The notes beneath the pieces were generated by a model. It was not told the origin of the DNA. It saw only the letters and a list, made by a program, of their open reading frames with translations, and ran no database searches. A DNA stretch of 61,053 bases, counting the filler, from Globobulimina sp. (lineage: Eukaryota): assembly GCA_003354225.1 (NCBI GenBank). It is 19 parts of 19 records of this genome, joined end to end, with 100 filler letters (N's around TTAATTAATTAA, not from the genome) between each part and the next. Parts side by side here need not be neighbours in the genome. Positions count along the whole stretch, not along the records: positions 25,764 to 28,882 come from PIVH01003679.1; positions 28,983 to 32,101 come from PIVH01003680.1; positions 32,202 to 35,319 come from PIVH01003681.1; positions 35,420 to 38,537 come from PIVH01003682.1; 15 more parts are not named here. One strand, written 5' to 3'. The position numbers and the translations under genes are program-made. This document shows, in pieces, positions 25,664-38,637 of the stretch (position 1 is the stretch's first letter; each line of letters starts with the position of its first letter).

Positions 25664-26233
25664 NNNNNNNNNNNNNNNNNNNNNNNNNNNNNNNNNNNNN
25701 NNNNNNNTTAATTAATTAANNNNNNNNNNNNNNNNNNNNNNNNNNNNNNNNNNNNNNNNNNNNCCAGTGCCCCAATAAGCCTCTTTCTTTTGTAATAAAT
25801 TATTATTCCTAATGATTTCCATTGCTCCCAAATATTTGTGCGTTGGGAAATGAATGAAATGTAAAGTCCCATTCGATAATTTTATTTCGAGTTTTTTATC
25901 TCTGATACCAGTCGTTCCATATTTTAGTTTTGATTTTAGTAAACAAATTTTGTTTTTGTCATATTGATTCCAATTATGTGTCTTATCTGGTTCAAAGACA
26001 CATATTTTCGCTAAAGAGCCACCTTTTGAGCATCCACACACTTTTAGCAGCATAGAACAATACGCAGATACCAGACAAACCTATATCTAATCCAAAACTT
26101 ACTTGTGAAGCCAATATGTTTGAGTTTGACATGATTTGTTTAAAATAAATGCATTATTGAATCGTAAAACTCCGGGGCCGCTAAAATATTTAGATTTATT
26201 TAAGAAATTTTTGTCGTTTAATAATATATTGAT

Positions 26234-27143
26234 AATGACAGAAACTTCAGTGCAAATACAAATTGAAGAAGAATTGAAATCATATTTAAAACAATTATCT
26301 TATGAGGAACTTCAAAAAACAACAAAAAAGAAATGTAAAATATATCTTGAACAAAAATTAAATACATCGCTGTCCAAACAAAAAAATCATATTAAATTAT
26401 GTTTGAGTAAATTTATAACCAATTATTTGAATTCAAACAATAAAATTAAAAACAATGAAAAAAAAGACAACGAAACAAAAAACAATGAAATAAAAAACAA
26501 TGATGCAACAAATCAAAAACTAAACGATTCTATGGATGTGGACTCAGCACAAAATAACGCTGAATGCAAAGAAACAGAGATAATAAACGATATCGATCGG
26601 AAAAACAAAGTTAAATCCTCAGTAGTTATGATATCGCCATTATCACCATTTCAAATTGAAAGTAACCAAAATATAAAACAAATGACATCGTTAATTCATG
26701 CAGAAAATTTAATGTATTCTTTAAATGAACAATTGACAAAAAGCAAAAAAGGAAAAATTCATTCTGAAAATGTGAATTACGATAATATTGAACACGAAGC
26801 ACTGAAAAATAAATTAACAAAATGCAAACAAGAATGTTTAAAATATAAGGAATTAACAAAAAAATATGCGGCATTATTACAGCCAAAAGTTATTTTGTGT
26901 CAGAATTTAAAAAAAGAGAATGAAATTTTAACTAAAAATATTGTGGTGTTAAACAATAATCATATCAAAGAAATTGAAAAATTAAAAAATTGCTTGCAAA
27001 ATGAATCGGAAAATGTTAAAGAAGAAAGATTTAAATGTTTACGAAAAGATAAATATATACAAAGACTTGAAAACAAATTTATTTTTATTTGCAATAAATA
27101 TGATATTGATAAAGACAGTGTTGTTGTTGAAATGAATGAGTGA
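26234..27143 (+). CDS. DEK-C-like domain plus coiled-coil protein
   Basis: EEELKSYLKQLSYEELQKTTKKKCKIYLEQKLNTSLSKQKNHIK resembles the DEK C-terminal domain; C-terminal coiled coil. Confidence 0.55.
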
Positions 27144-27499
27144 CAGAGTGTGGTTTCCAAATGAGTTTCTGGAAGTACTTAAGTAGATTTTTTAATTTTA
27201 ATTAATTTAATATTAAAGCGAAAAGTTAAAAATTGTGATTCTGCGTTGTATTGAACAGGAGTTGTCGACAATGCTATGTCAATACAAGCAAGAAATCAAA
27301 TCAGTCTCCATAGGTGAATTGACAACATACACCAACAAAATTTGCTGATGAATAGATTATATTGCTGTGCCACCCAACATTTAATATTGATTTCTGTTTA
27401 ACTCCTACCTGAGTCAATTTTAATTGTCATTGCTTGAATTTATTGATTGATTGATATTTTCTATTTAATATCATAATGTTGATTCCTTTTACCATAAAG

Positions 27500-28882
27500 C
27501 TAGAGAGTAATAATGTTTTGATAAAGCAATATGTTGAGAACAATAAATATTACATAAAACATTATAGAAATATATCCAAATATTGTTGTGAATTTCCATT
27601 TATTAACGGCAACAAATATAATACAGAATATCAATTGAAACAAGACAGTAATACAAGATATACAAACATTTGCAGTATTTGGTAAATTATCTTTATGATT
27701 TTCTGAATATAATGTATGCACAGCAGTACCGACGCCAATACTAATCAATAAATTCAATGTAGGTGTTGCAATGGCAGCAGATATGCCCATTGTAGCATAA
27801 CCACGTTTTGATACTGATATATCAGCAATCATATCACCGATACTATTACCCAATGCCAAAACTGTTAAACCTAACAATGTCAAACCAATATTTAATACCA
27901 CACCTAATGTAGTTAATATATTTACCAATTCATTTGCAATAAATGCAATCATTGAAATACTACAAAAAAATCCCAAAACCACAAAATATATTTTAAATAC
28001 CGCTTTTTTTCTAACATCATCAGTATATTCATCATCGATAGCATCTTTTTGACATTTTAATTTGTAATTAATCGATGTATTGTTTATATGTGAAACGTGT
28101 GTTGCAGAAACTATTGCGGAATGAATAGACGTTGTAATAGAAGGTTTGCGGCTGTGATTATCCATATCGCTGTAATTAATTGGTACATTGTGTATATTTT
28201 TATATTTTAATTTTATTTTGTAATATGTTAAACAACTCATAAATAATCCAAATACTAAAATGAATACAATGAGTGGGAAGTTTATGTGACCAAAATTAAG
28301 ACAAACACGAATTAAACCAAAACTATACTGCATAAATATTGGTGCAGTGGTGCATGATATTATTGCTTTCCAATCATCCCAGTTTTGAACATCAGTCAAT
28401 GGGATAATATATTTGCACAAAAAATCAAGTAAAATGGTTGGAATACGCACAATATATATTATTATTGTAACAATCCGTTTCCATGCAGTTATCCTGTTAT
28501 GTTCAAACGACGATATTGTTTGAGACATCTCTGCTGCTTCGAAACTGCTTATTGCTGTTTCAAATTCATTGCTTTTTGTAATCGGTGATACGGAGCATTC
28601 CACACTTTCATTCAATGCATTGTGCATGGAATCAGTTGACAAAACATTTAAAGCCGCTAATAATGAATTGCTTAACTTTCTGGCTTTCGTATTGTCGACA
28701 GCATCATGGCATTTATTTTTATTTTTTAATTTCTTATGAAATTCATCAAATAACACGGCTACAACATAACAAATATACATTACAATCATTCCAATCGAAC
28801 CATAGACTGTAACAATACCATTACTTTTACACATACAGAATTTGAACAGGAGAACATCAACAAATAGAAACTATAAACGTAC
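27500..28882 (-). CDS. Cation/Ca2+ exchanger (CCX/NCLX-like), 5' partial
   Basis: Alpha-2 repeat LGLTVLALGNSIGDMIAD...MGISA; multiple TMs; ANELV. Confidence 0.9.
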
Positions 28883-29042
28883 NNNNNNNNNNNNNNNNNN
28901 NNNNNNNNNNNNNNNNNNNNNNNNNNTTAATTAATTAANNNNNNNNNNNNNNNNNNNNNNNNNNNNNNNNNNNNNNNNNNNNTACTTCTTTTATCTTTCT
29001 GGTTGGACTGATGATTTTAATTAAATGTGAAAATTCTTGATT

Positions 29043-31187
29043 CTATATTTTTTTTGTCATTTGTTTAATTATTTTACACCAAACATAATAAAATAACCAA
29101 ACTAAATCTGCAAATGAAGTGTAAACTTCATCTTGCCATTTTTTATCTGATATTTTCTGACATCTTTTTAGCATAACATTGGCGGTGACCAATATTTTCT
29201 CAATGGTTGGTAGGTCCATGCATTTGGCGAGAATTAAATCTTTTATTTCTGTATCTTGTTCAAACATTTCATCTATAATTTCAGAGAATAATTGCGATTC
29301 ATATCGAAAATAACCGGCCAATACCTTTTTAAATTTATCATACAAAGAATTTCCAGACACCATTTCTCGATCATGCATTGTTTTCCCAATTAAAATTGAC
29401 TGCAATGTGTTTGTGGTGACTGGGAATAATGAAACAGGAATCAACCTCGGTTTATTATTTATCATTTTAGTTGAATTATGATGAATTTGTTGTAATAAAA
29501 CGTATATATAATTCAGAATCTAAATATTAACAACAAACAATTTATTTATGTTTTGGTGGCAAGATTTATGTTTTTTATTACAAATCATCAGTATCAACAG
29601 ATTGTGCATCATCATTATCTTCATATTCGTCGTTAAACTCTTTAATAGTTGGTTGGGTGTAATGTTCCCTGTAATTCCAATAATTTTGGGTATTCAATAA
29701 AGTAAAAGCACCTTGGTTGTTAACAAAATTATAGACCGCTGTTTGCACGTTATTCTGTTGCTTTTGTTTGTATTTCTTATATTTATTAACGTTTTTTTCT
29801 AACTCATATTCAGGCAATTTCTCATGCATTTTTTGTTTTGTCCAATTTTTCCAACGTGACAATGGCACACAAAATGACTGTAAAACTCTCAATTTTTCAT
29901 TATCTGTTGAATCATTTTGTAACAATGGGAACATAGTGGCCACACATTTAGATTTTGTTGAGATTTTCTACACATTAACAAAGAGTGACAGGACTGTTGG
30001 AATATATACGTATATACTGACTAAACTGTTGGAATATTTTTAATGTGTTTCGGTTTCGCCTGCTTCTCAATATCGGTTGCAATGACTCTTTCTTTTGTAT
30101 TATTGCTGTATATTTCTGCTATTTCGGATATAATATTTAACATATTTTGCTGCATTTCATTATTTACAAATATTTCACTATTATTTGCTAACCGCTGCAT
30201 TTCGACAATTGGATCCTGTACAGCTGCGCTCTCTTCAGCGGGAGAATCAACCGCAGTTTGGTCTGCAATGTTGCACTCATCATAGTGTTTTGTAAGTGGT
30301 ATTTTTCTCGCCCGGGAATTATGTCTCCTTCGTGACCTAGCTCTATGTAAATTTAATTTTATTCTCCCTTTACGACGTTGGGGACGCTCTGTTTCTTTTT
30401 TTTCTTCTTTGCTATCATTTTCATTATCACTTGACACTAAAATATCTGCCATTGGCATAATTTTTATCCAATATTTATTTTTAAAGGCAACATATTGCTC
30501 TGTGTGGCGAGTATTCTGTGACACAAACCCTAATTTGTTCAGTAAATATTGTAGTGATTCATTAAATGACATTTGTTGAGACTCTAAACAAGCCATATCT
30601 TGATCCTTTTTATAAATTAACAAAATGTTTCTATGTTAACAGAATAAAAAACACTAAACTTTCCATTTTTGAAGTATAACACCACACGAGTCTGTTGATT
30701 CTATCCACTCCTGGGCCACCCAACTGAATTTATATGGGTGTTTAACAGTTTTTGCACTGATTTTATGACAATTTGGATCTGCGGTGTTGCAACTTACTCG
30801 TGTGGTGCATTTATTTGGCTCACTGCTCTGATAACAGAAATGATCAAACACATATTTTTGGTGATGCTTGACCACTTTCAAGGCGTCCTCATCGAATTCG
30901 CGAAATTGATATTCTTGTATTAATTTTAAGTTATGATGATAACATATTATAATCTAATAACATTTTGTATAGCGAATTGGACAGATTGTTCCGTATAAAA
31001 ATATACGGAGAGTATTAACTGCTTTCGTCGAATCATTATTGTAGATGCTTTCAAGGCGTTTTGTTTGTTCTGCTGATAATTTCCAGCCGTTTCTTGTTGC
31101 AATGAACAGCAACAATTTGTGATTTTTATTCTGTTTTAAGTGATAAATTTGGAGTAAAATAATTATTATTCCTAGATATAATACCAT
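29043..31187 (-). CDS. Hypothetical multi-exon protein(s)
   Basis: A chain of same-strand ORFs (30954-31187, 30654-30881, 30021-30623, 29578-29943, 29043-29465) separated by intron-sized AT-rich gaps; no family recognised. Confidence 0.4.
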
Positions 31188-31537
31188 TATTGAATGGTTG
31201 GCTGCAGGGTGATACTCACTCAGAAGAGTCAGACATGTATTTGTAGACTAGTGAACCTGTTCAGTAAGCAGCGAGTGTACGGAGTAACAGTTAAATCAAA
31301 TCAACAAAAACAAAAACATAAAGAACATTTCACAAAATATGTGTCCATTTCTAGTTTCATTTGTTGTAATAATATTTATCGCGTTTAATAAATTGCAAAA
31401 AATCGACGCATAATTTTAATGAATGAGTGAGATATATTTTGTAATTACACGGACACTGCTCTCATCAATCGCAGTGACTCAAATAATTAATGGATGAACC
31501 TGATTCAATAAATAGAATGCCAGCCAATGCAATGAGA

Positions 31538-31975
31538 TTAATATTCATACAATTTAATATTATTTGTTTCTGAATTTATTTCTTTCCCATCAAAAACAAA
31601 TATATTTTCGTTTGGGGAAACATTCCAATTTTGCGCCACAAACACTTTTGTTTCGTTTGTTTGGCCATTGGCTGATTTATTTTCGTCAATATTGTTTTGT
31701 AAATAATATGCTGAAATGTAACATTGTGAATGACCACCGTCATATTTACGCTGTGCATACATTTTGATTGAGATGAATTCCTCATTTATAACATCTTCAT
31801 TTGAAAATGTAACAGATCTTTCAACTAAATCGCTACTTGAATTGTGATGTGAGATGGAAGCGGATATATTAGCAACACCATAGCCATTACTCGCTGATAT
31901 TGAATTTTCCCTTGCAAATGAGCTTCCATTTTTACTTTGGATGCTTTGTATTTTGCAACTGCTGACACGAACCAT
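31538..31975 (-). CDS. Hypothetical protein
   Basis: 145-aa ORF; may have an upstream exon. Confidence 0.4.
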   Translation of the reverse strand: MVRVSSCKIQSIQSKNGSSFARENSISASNGYGVANISASISHHNSSSDLVERSVTFSNEDVINEEFISIKMYAQRKYDGGHSQCYISAYYLQNNIDENKSANGQTNETKVFVAQNWNVSPNENIFVFDGKEINSETNNIKLYEY

Positions 31976-32201
31976 TAATTCATATACACTTTGATTTTTA
32001 ATAATTATTTCACGCCCAATTACATTTTGTCTCGCTTGCTCTTCTAATTGCGATTCCTTTTGTAATTTGTGAATATTTGAGGCCGATGCGTTTGGGCAAA
32101 ANNNNNNNNNNNNNNNNNNNNNNNNNNNNNNNNNNNNNNNNNNNNTTAATTAATTAANNNNNNNNNNNNNNNNNNNNNNNNNNNNNNNNNNNNNNNNNNN
32201 N

Positions 32202-33405
32202 CTGACCACCATTGTGGCGGTGTTGCTGTCCATTTTGCAATTCTTTGCTGGAGATTTGTTAATTTTACTAGGCCAACCACCGGAATTGAAAGCATTGATC
32301 AATACGTTTTGTCGCTTGTTGATTCCATACATTTTTTTAACTGCATACTGTGCCATTTTGCAACGTTTATCACAAACATTGGATTATAACAAAGCATTGA
32401 CATATTGCGCATTGCTTATGTTAGTATCGTCATTCCCTTTGAATTGGCTGTTTATGTACGGAATAAATTTGGGTTATATGGGTGCAGCAATTGGGCAATC
32501 TCTGTCTTTTGTGATATTATTTATTTCCATTTTCTGCATGTTGATATATAAAGGACATTACAATTTATTTGTTCCATTGCCATTTTTTAAAATCTGGACA
32601 AAAAATGGCATTGTGGAATATATAAAGTTAGCAATACCAGGATTATTCCAAAATGCATTTGAATTTATCATTGAAGAAATTGCAATTATCTTTGCTGGAT
32701 ATATTGTAAATCCATCGATAGCACTGTCTACATCGGCTATTCTGTCCAATATATTTCTAATTAATATGGCTATCTGTCTGGCAAACTGCAATGCGACCAA
32801 TTTAAGGTATTGTTGTCTGAAAAACGTTTACATTGTCAGAGAGTATACTTTATAACAAAACGCGTTTTTGAAATTTTACTGTAAGGGTTGGTAAATATAT
32901 TGGTAAAGGACATGCAAATAATGCTAAACGTGCAGCAAAATGTGGCATACTAATTGCAATCATTATGGCCATAATCTATTGTATATTATTTTATTTTGGG
33001 CGACATTTCATTCCTAGGATCTATACGAACAATCCATACACCATACAATTAACAGAGAGAGTATTATGGATATTTGTTGTTTTTATGACTGGCGGTGTCT
33101 TTTTACAAACACTTGGTGGCATTTATCGGGGCTTAGGATTTCAAAGAATGTCAGCAGTTATCGTATTCATATCGTACTGGATCATTTCATTTCCCATATC
33201 AGTGGTTTTGTTATTTGTGTATCCAAAGTTTATTGATAATTTATTTTATGGTACTGCTGTGATATGGGGATCTCTCGCATTCGGTAATGTATTGGCTGGA
33301 ATTGTCACCTTTTTTGTTATTTTATGCTACGTGAATTGGAATAAAGCAATCAATGAATCAAAATCAAGAATTAAATACACCATAAAAAATTATCAATCTA
33401 CATAA
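32202..33405 (+). CDS. MATE family transporter, two exons (5' partial)
   Basis: LGYMGAAI, KLAIPG...EE, ATNLR|VGKYIGKG..AKRAA, GGIYRGLG.Q, YWIISFP. Confidence 0.93.
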
Positions 33406-33493
33406 GTGATTAAATGATATTGAAATCAATATTGATTTCCGCCGGCGTCCATTTCAGTTTGTTAACTACTTTGCTTTTTTCAGTCACTTTTAA

Positions 33494-34189
33494 ATGGAAG
33501 TCATACCTTTACAATGTATACCCCAAACAATTAAAGATGCAGTATTTGGATATATGAAACAAAATGCATATTGCTTTCATATGCCACATGGCATTATTAA
33601 TATTATTTTATTTTTTTATTATATCGGAGGTCAATTTAATAAAGCAGCACATGGCTCAAATTTAAAATTTATTGATTATAAAACTGTGCAGAAAATAAAA
33701 GATGATAACGATTTTTCAACTGTCGTATTTGGAACAACACTCTCTACGAAGACCTCTGACATTGTCGAAATACGTTTAAAAATTGTTAAAGCATCAAAGC
33801 TATTTTGTGTTGGTTTTCTAACTACAGCTTCAATCAAAGCAGCAATTAAAAATTGGGATCATCAACTTGGATGGGGAGATAATAAAATGAATTCTGTTGA
33901 ATTTTATTCATCACAGTATGACGGACATATTCATCTTCGTGATGGTTTTAATGCATTTCGTGATCTTGGTCATGTTGGCGTCTTTCATGATGGCACAGTG
34001 TGCCAATTGCTGTTCAATTTTAAGGATCAATATGTAAAGGTTTCACTATTTAAACCCAACGATACTAACTGTAGCGGATCTATCCAATTTTCATTGGCTA
34101 AATATGAATATGTCACGCCTGGTTTGTCATTATTGAGGAAACAACAGATTGAAATCATTAAATACAAAGTTGTTTCTGCCACTGAATGA
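33494..34189 (+). CDS. Hypothetical protein (helical N-motif plus SPRY/beta-sandwich-like domain)
   Basis: AVFGYMK..MPHGIINIILFFY followed by a beta-rich region (FCVGF, GTVCQLLFNFKD, PGLSL). Confidence 0.5.
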   Translation: MEVIPLQCIPQTIKDAVFGYMKQNAYCFHMPHGIINIILFFYYIGGQFNKAAHGSNLKFIDYKTVQKIKDDNDFSTVVFGTTLSTKTSDIVEIRLKIVKASKLFCVGFLTTASIKAAIKNWDHQLGWGDNKMNSVEFYSSQYDGHIHLRDGFNAFRDLGHVGVFHDGTVCQLLFNFKDQYVKVSLFKPNDTNCSGSIQFSLAKYEYVTPGLSLLRKQQIEIIKYKVVSATE

Positions 34190-34459
34190 TTTTGTTGTGT
34201 GTATTGTGTCTTTTTGAGAGCTAAAACAAGGGGAAATCACAAAATTAATTACAACACTTTAGACAGAAGCTCAAAATCCACAAAAAAATCCGTATGTCAG
34301 TTTACAAAAAAACAAAAAGAAGTCTTCTTGTAAATAATTAGAAAAAAAAAGCACGTGAAACAAATCAAAAAACACGTATAACAAACAAATAGCTATAAAC
34401 TTATAATGATCATTTAAGAATTATAAAACATATATCAACTAATATATAAATATGAAATC

Positions 34460-35230
34460 TTATGAATAATTTGGAGGCGGAGAGTGTCTATCAATATCAA
34501 CAGGCATTAATGGCGAACCATTCTCATAAAACGCAGTGGAGCCAAATTGCGGCGATCGGAATTGTAAGGAACCACAGCCCACTCCGTACATATCATCACT
34601 TAAATTAAATGGCGGCGATGCGCTCCGATCAATATTATAAGAATTATCCATCTCAAATGGCGTGGAATGGATATTATGATCCGATGGCGATGCGTTTATT
34701 GCGTTAAATGTACCAAACAAACTGTTACTATTATTATTGTTGTCTGCCATGCCATTAATATCCGGAAACAATGCCTCTCCTTTGACTCTTTTCAATTTCT
34801 CCTTTTTTTCATCCGCACCGCTCACAGATTCGCCGCCATTATCCTCCACAATTTTTTTCCTGATTTTTTTCACAATCACTCGTGAAGATTTCTTTTTTTT
34901 CTTCTTCTTTTTCCGTTTCCGCTTCTTTTTCCTATGTTTCCTCTTCTTTTTCTTCCTATTTTTATACATTTCACTGGGCGAAAAATCCGAATCTGAATCG
35001 CTGTCCGACTCTGACGTATCATCCTCAAATACATCCGAATGGAATGATTTTGTATCAAATTGCTGCTCACCCACTTGATCCACAGCCATTCGCTTATTCA
35101 AATTCAGAATCGCTTGCGGCGTCGCAATGGCAATGTGTTTATAATCCAAATCATGACACAACTCCGTCCACAGTCTGTCCACTTCCTTGTTGCTATACTC
35201 GCGATGTATGGCCTTCGCATTGGACGAGGT
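34460..35230 (-). CDS. Hypothetical nuclear protein C-terminus (poly-Lys/acidic)
   Basis: 240-aa ORF with SD-rich and K-rich tracts; 5' end unresolved. Confidence 0.5.
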   Translation of the reverse strand, partial: TSSNAKAIHREYSNKEVDRLWTELCHDLDYKHIAIATPQAILNLNKRMAVDQVGEQQFDTKSFHSDVFEDDTSESDSDSDSDFSPSEMYKNRKKKKRKHRKKKRKRKKKKKKKKSSRVIVKKIRKKIVEDNGGESVSGADEKKEKLKRVKGEALFPDINGMADNNNNSNSLFGTFNAINASPSDHNIHSTPFEMDNSYNIDRSASPPFNLSDDMYGVGCGSLQFRSPQFGSTAFYENGSPLMPVDIDRHSPPPNYS

Positions 35231-35419
35231 TTAGCTCGTCGCTCGCCATGCTGCTGCCCTCTTTTGCTGTGGGGTGCTCGCGTGTCCTTCTCGCGCTTTC
35301 GGCAGTTTCTGCTGCTCACNNNNNNNNNNNNNNNNNNNNNNNNNNNNNNNNNNNNNNNNNNNNTTAATTAATTAANNNNNNNNNNNNNNNNNNNNNNNNN
35401 NNNNNNNNNNNNNNNNNNN

Positions 35420-35663
35420 TGATTTGAATCAAATCGGTATTCATAAAATTGGACATAGGAAAAAAATATTTAAATATGCTCAAAAATTAGCGGATCAACA
35501 ACAACAAAATATAAATGTCAATGTAAATGTAGATGGATGGGAATGTGAAATGTGTGATACACAAAATGCAAACAATATATTTGAATGCAAATTATGTGGC
35601 TTGAAATGGAATTATATGAATAGGGATGTCGAAGGAACAAATATAATCGATACTGCACAATAA
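35420..35663 (+). CDS. SAM domain end plus RanBP2-type zinc finger (5' partial)
   Basis: DLNQIGIHKIGHRKKI (SAM); WECEMCDTQN...CKLC (RanBP2 ZnF). Confidence 0.8.
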
Positions 35664-35977
35664 AACTACTTTTGATTTTATATAAGTATTATTTTTAAAT
35701 CCAAGAAAAAAAAATATGAACCCAACTGCTATTGGTCAATTTCCTAACGGTACTTAAAAAAAATCAATTTCCCGCGAAACTTAAAAGAAAACCAAAAAAA
35801 AAAACAAATTTAAATATTACAATGTATCAAAAAGTGACTTCCTAATAAGCTTTATTCTTAATTCTTCAATATACGATATCACAATAACTAAAAAAAAAAG
35901 AATTTCAATTACAAACCGTTTCATTGCAACAGATTTGTATAAAAATCAAAGAAACAGTACAATAAATATCAGATCGA

Positions 35978-37271
35978 TCACATTGAATTAAACCTCAATT
36001 TCCGTTTATTAATTTTCTCATTATCCTCCACATTAAATTCCGCCTTCTCATAATATCCATTCTTATTATAATTATTCCTAAAGCCACCTCGGCCTCTTCC
36101 TTTACCAAAACCTCCTCTTCCTCTCCCACCTCTTCCTCGTCCTCGTCCTCTTCCTCTGCGATTATTCTTTTTATACGCTCGAAACTGTTGAAATTTCTTC
36201 TTATTCCTCACCTGCCGATTATTATTTTTCTTATTCCCAAATCTCTCCTCTCTCTGCAACGCCTTATCCCCTTCGGTCAAAGTGCCAAATCTCAACTTCC
36301 TTTCCATTAATTTCGTAGCACCTCCCTCGGCTCCACCGCCTACAGCAATTTCCTCAACTTTCTCCCCATCCGTACCCTCATTAAATCGCTTCATTCGCTC
36401 GCTTTTCTTCGCGTTCTCCTCTGCTTTTTTGATAGAAACCGGCAACAAATGCTGTGTACCAAAGCGTTTCGCGCGGTTTATTTTATCTGCATAAATAACG
36501 CCACTTTCCTCCTCCTTTGGAAAATAAGTAATTATCCTTGCGCTCAATGGCTGAAATGCATCAATAAACACTACTAAACTGTCAATGTGAAGCCTTTCGG
36601 CAACGCTGTGCCGTACTTCTTGGCGCGTTGTAGGATTTTATTGCGTTCCGCGGTGACATCGATGCGTTGTTTTTTCGGTGCGGGATCCGTTGCGTTGTTG
36701 GTGGTGCTCTCGAAGCGCCGTTTACGTGATTCCACTTTGGCCGTTTCAGTGTCTGTGTGGGTACCAAATCGATTGCGGCGATCTTCGATTTTTGAGTGAG
36801 TGTTTAAGGCAAAATCGGAGGTGATTTGGGTGGGAGTTATCGTCGGCTGTTTGGGTGTTGGTGTGTTGTCTGTTGGTAATATAATATGTTTCTCCTCGTC
36901 TTCGTCTTCTTTGTTTAGTAAATCGTCGATATTCACAGTTTCGGTGTGGGATAAATTGTCGTCTTTGTTATTTAATCGATTGTATTCATCCTATAATTTA
37001 AAAGTAAAATGATTTTTGTTTTGTTTATAATATGAATGGATAAGCTACGAACATTGATATATTCTTCGAAATCTGCAAAATCAGAATGTTGATTTTGGGT
37101 GGAAATGGAAGTAGAATCGTTATCGTTTGTGGTTTCGTCGATGGTTTGTGTCTGAATGGCGGCTTTTAAGCGAGATATTAATTCTGTTTTTCTACCATTC
37201 ACTTTTAATGAACGGGACTTGAGTTCTTTTTTGAGTTCGACGACAGTCATTGATTCTAAATCGACATCCAT
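35978..37271 (-). CDS. SAP-domain RNA-binding protein (SARNP/Tho1-like) with RGG tail, three exons
   Basis: MTVVELKKELKSRSLKVNGRKTELISRL (SAP); repeated R..RFG motifs; RGRGRGG box. Confidence 0.8.
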
Positions 37272-37321
37272 GATATTTTAATTTATATTTTGTGGATCAA
37301 TGTGAAGTTTCAAGTTTCGAC

Positions 37322-37330
37322 GCAAGGATA
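37322..37330 (+). promoter_or_regulatory. Intergenic motif core GCAAGGATA
   Basis: Lies between the divergent SAP-protein and RPLP1 starts. Confidence 0.45.
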
Positions 37331-37456
37331 CACAGATACAGGAATGGAAAATGTAATGTAAGTTTGTAGTGAAAGACAGTAAGAAAAAAAACTTGCACAT
37401 AACTTGCACATATTATATCATAATTGGATAGTCGATTTTTGCAATCAAATAAAAAC

Positions 37457-37942
37457 ATGACATCCTCTGAATTAGCGTGCACTTATGCAGCATTATGCTT
37501 GTTTGACGATGGTATAAAATTACATACAATTTGTGTGTTTTTGATGGTAATTTCGATGCTAAATAGATGTGGAAGTAACGGCAGAAAATATTCACAAAAT
37601 ATTGAAAGCAGCAAACGTCAAAGTTGAGGCATATTGGCCGGGCTTTTTTGAACGTTTAATTGCGAAAAAATCAGTGGGTGAACTTATCGCTGGAGGTACG
37701 TATACGTTGTTGTTTATGTATTTGCTGACTATTATTTATTTTGTTGTTTATGATTGGAAGCCTGCAAAGGAGGTGGCAGCGCACCGGCGGCCACCGGCGA
37801 TGACGGTGATACTGGCGAGGAAAAGCAAGAAGAGAAGAAAGAGGAAGAGGAAGAAGAGGAAAAATCATCGTCTGCATCTGGGCCGGGCTTATTTGGCGAT
37901 GATAGCTCATCATCGGAGGAGGAGAGTTCATCGGAGGATTAA
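37457..37942 (+). CDS. RPLP1: 60S acidic ribosomal protein P1, three exons
   Basis: MTSSELACTYAALCLFDD|DVEVTAENI..ILKAANVKVEAYWPGFF. Introns at 37512-37566 and 37696-37760; acidic hinge then GLFG. Confidence 0.92.
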
Positions 37943-38139
37943 AATAAGTGCATTGGATATGACTTTTGTAAGGAGTAAAAATGAAATTGTTTGGCAACTA
38001 AAATTGTGTTTTTATATGTTATGGGATTATAAAACTTGTGTTTTAGCATCGAAAACATAATGATAATCGCTTAGCTTTCTCATTTTTTTGATTTAAGAAT
38101 GATTGGAAAATTGCACATTGCGAGTTGAGTTTGTGCATT

Positions 38140-38151
38140 GTGCAAGGATAA
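38140..38151 (+). promoter_or_regulatory. Intergenic motif GTGCAAGGATAA
   Basis: Exact 12-mer, 80 bp upstream of the PEBP ATG. Confidence 0.6.
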
Positions 38152-38230
38152 GTCACTGTGAATTGCTCTTTGTACTTTTATAAAAGGATCCTATGCAGTC
38201 ACCACTGGAAATAAAAACTTACCTTAAACC

Positions 38231-38537
38231 ATGTCACACTTACAGTTTGTGATAATAATATGTATTTTATGCACTGCTATCATGTCGTTGGAATTTGCAG
38301 TATGTCCCGACGTATTAAATGAAGAGGCACTCCCATTACACATTGAATTTGATGGTGAAGCAATAATATCAGGCACAACAATCAATAAACACAAAGCAAG
38401 TCTCGAACCAAATATAGAATGGCCTCTATCAAACCACAACCATGATTATTATACAATATTAATGGTAGATCCTGATGCACCATCTCATACAAATCCAATT
38501 GCAGCAGAATGGCTTCATTGGATGATTAAAAATATAC
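38231..38537 (+). CDS. Secreted PEBP/RKIP-family protein (3' partial)
   Basis: Signal peptide; [18 protein letters not shown]. Confidence 0.92.
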
Positions 38538-38637
38538 NNNNNNNNNNNNNNNNNNNNNNNNNNNNNNNNNNNNNNNNNNNNTTAATTAATTAANNNNNNN
38601 NNNNNNNNNNNNNNNNNNNNNNNNNNNNNNNNNNNNN

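Noticed and set aside
35230-35319. In-frame TAA upstream of ORF 34460-35182 within GC-rich sequence
   Set aside because: Too close to the contig end to distinguish a chimera, error or intron; no homology anchor.
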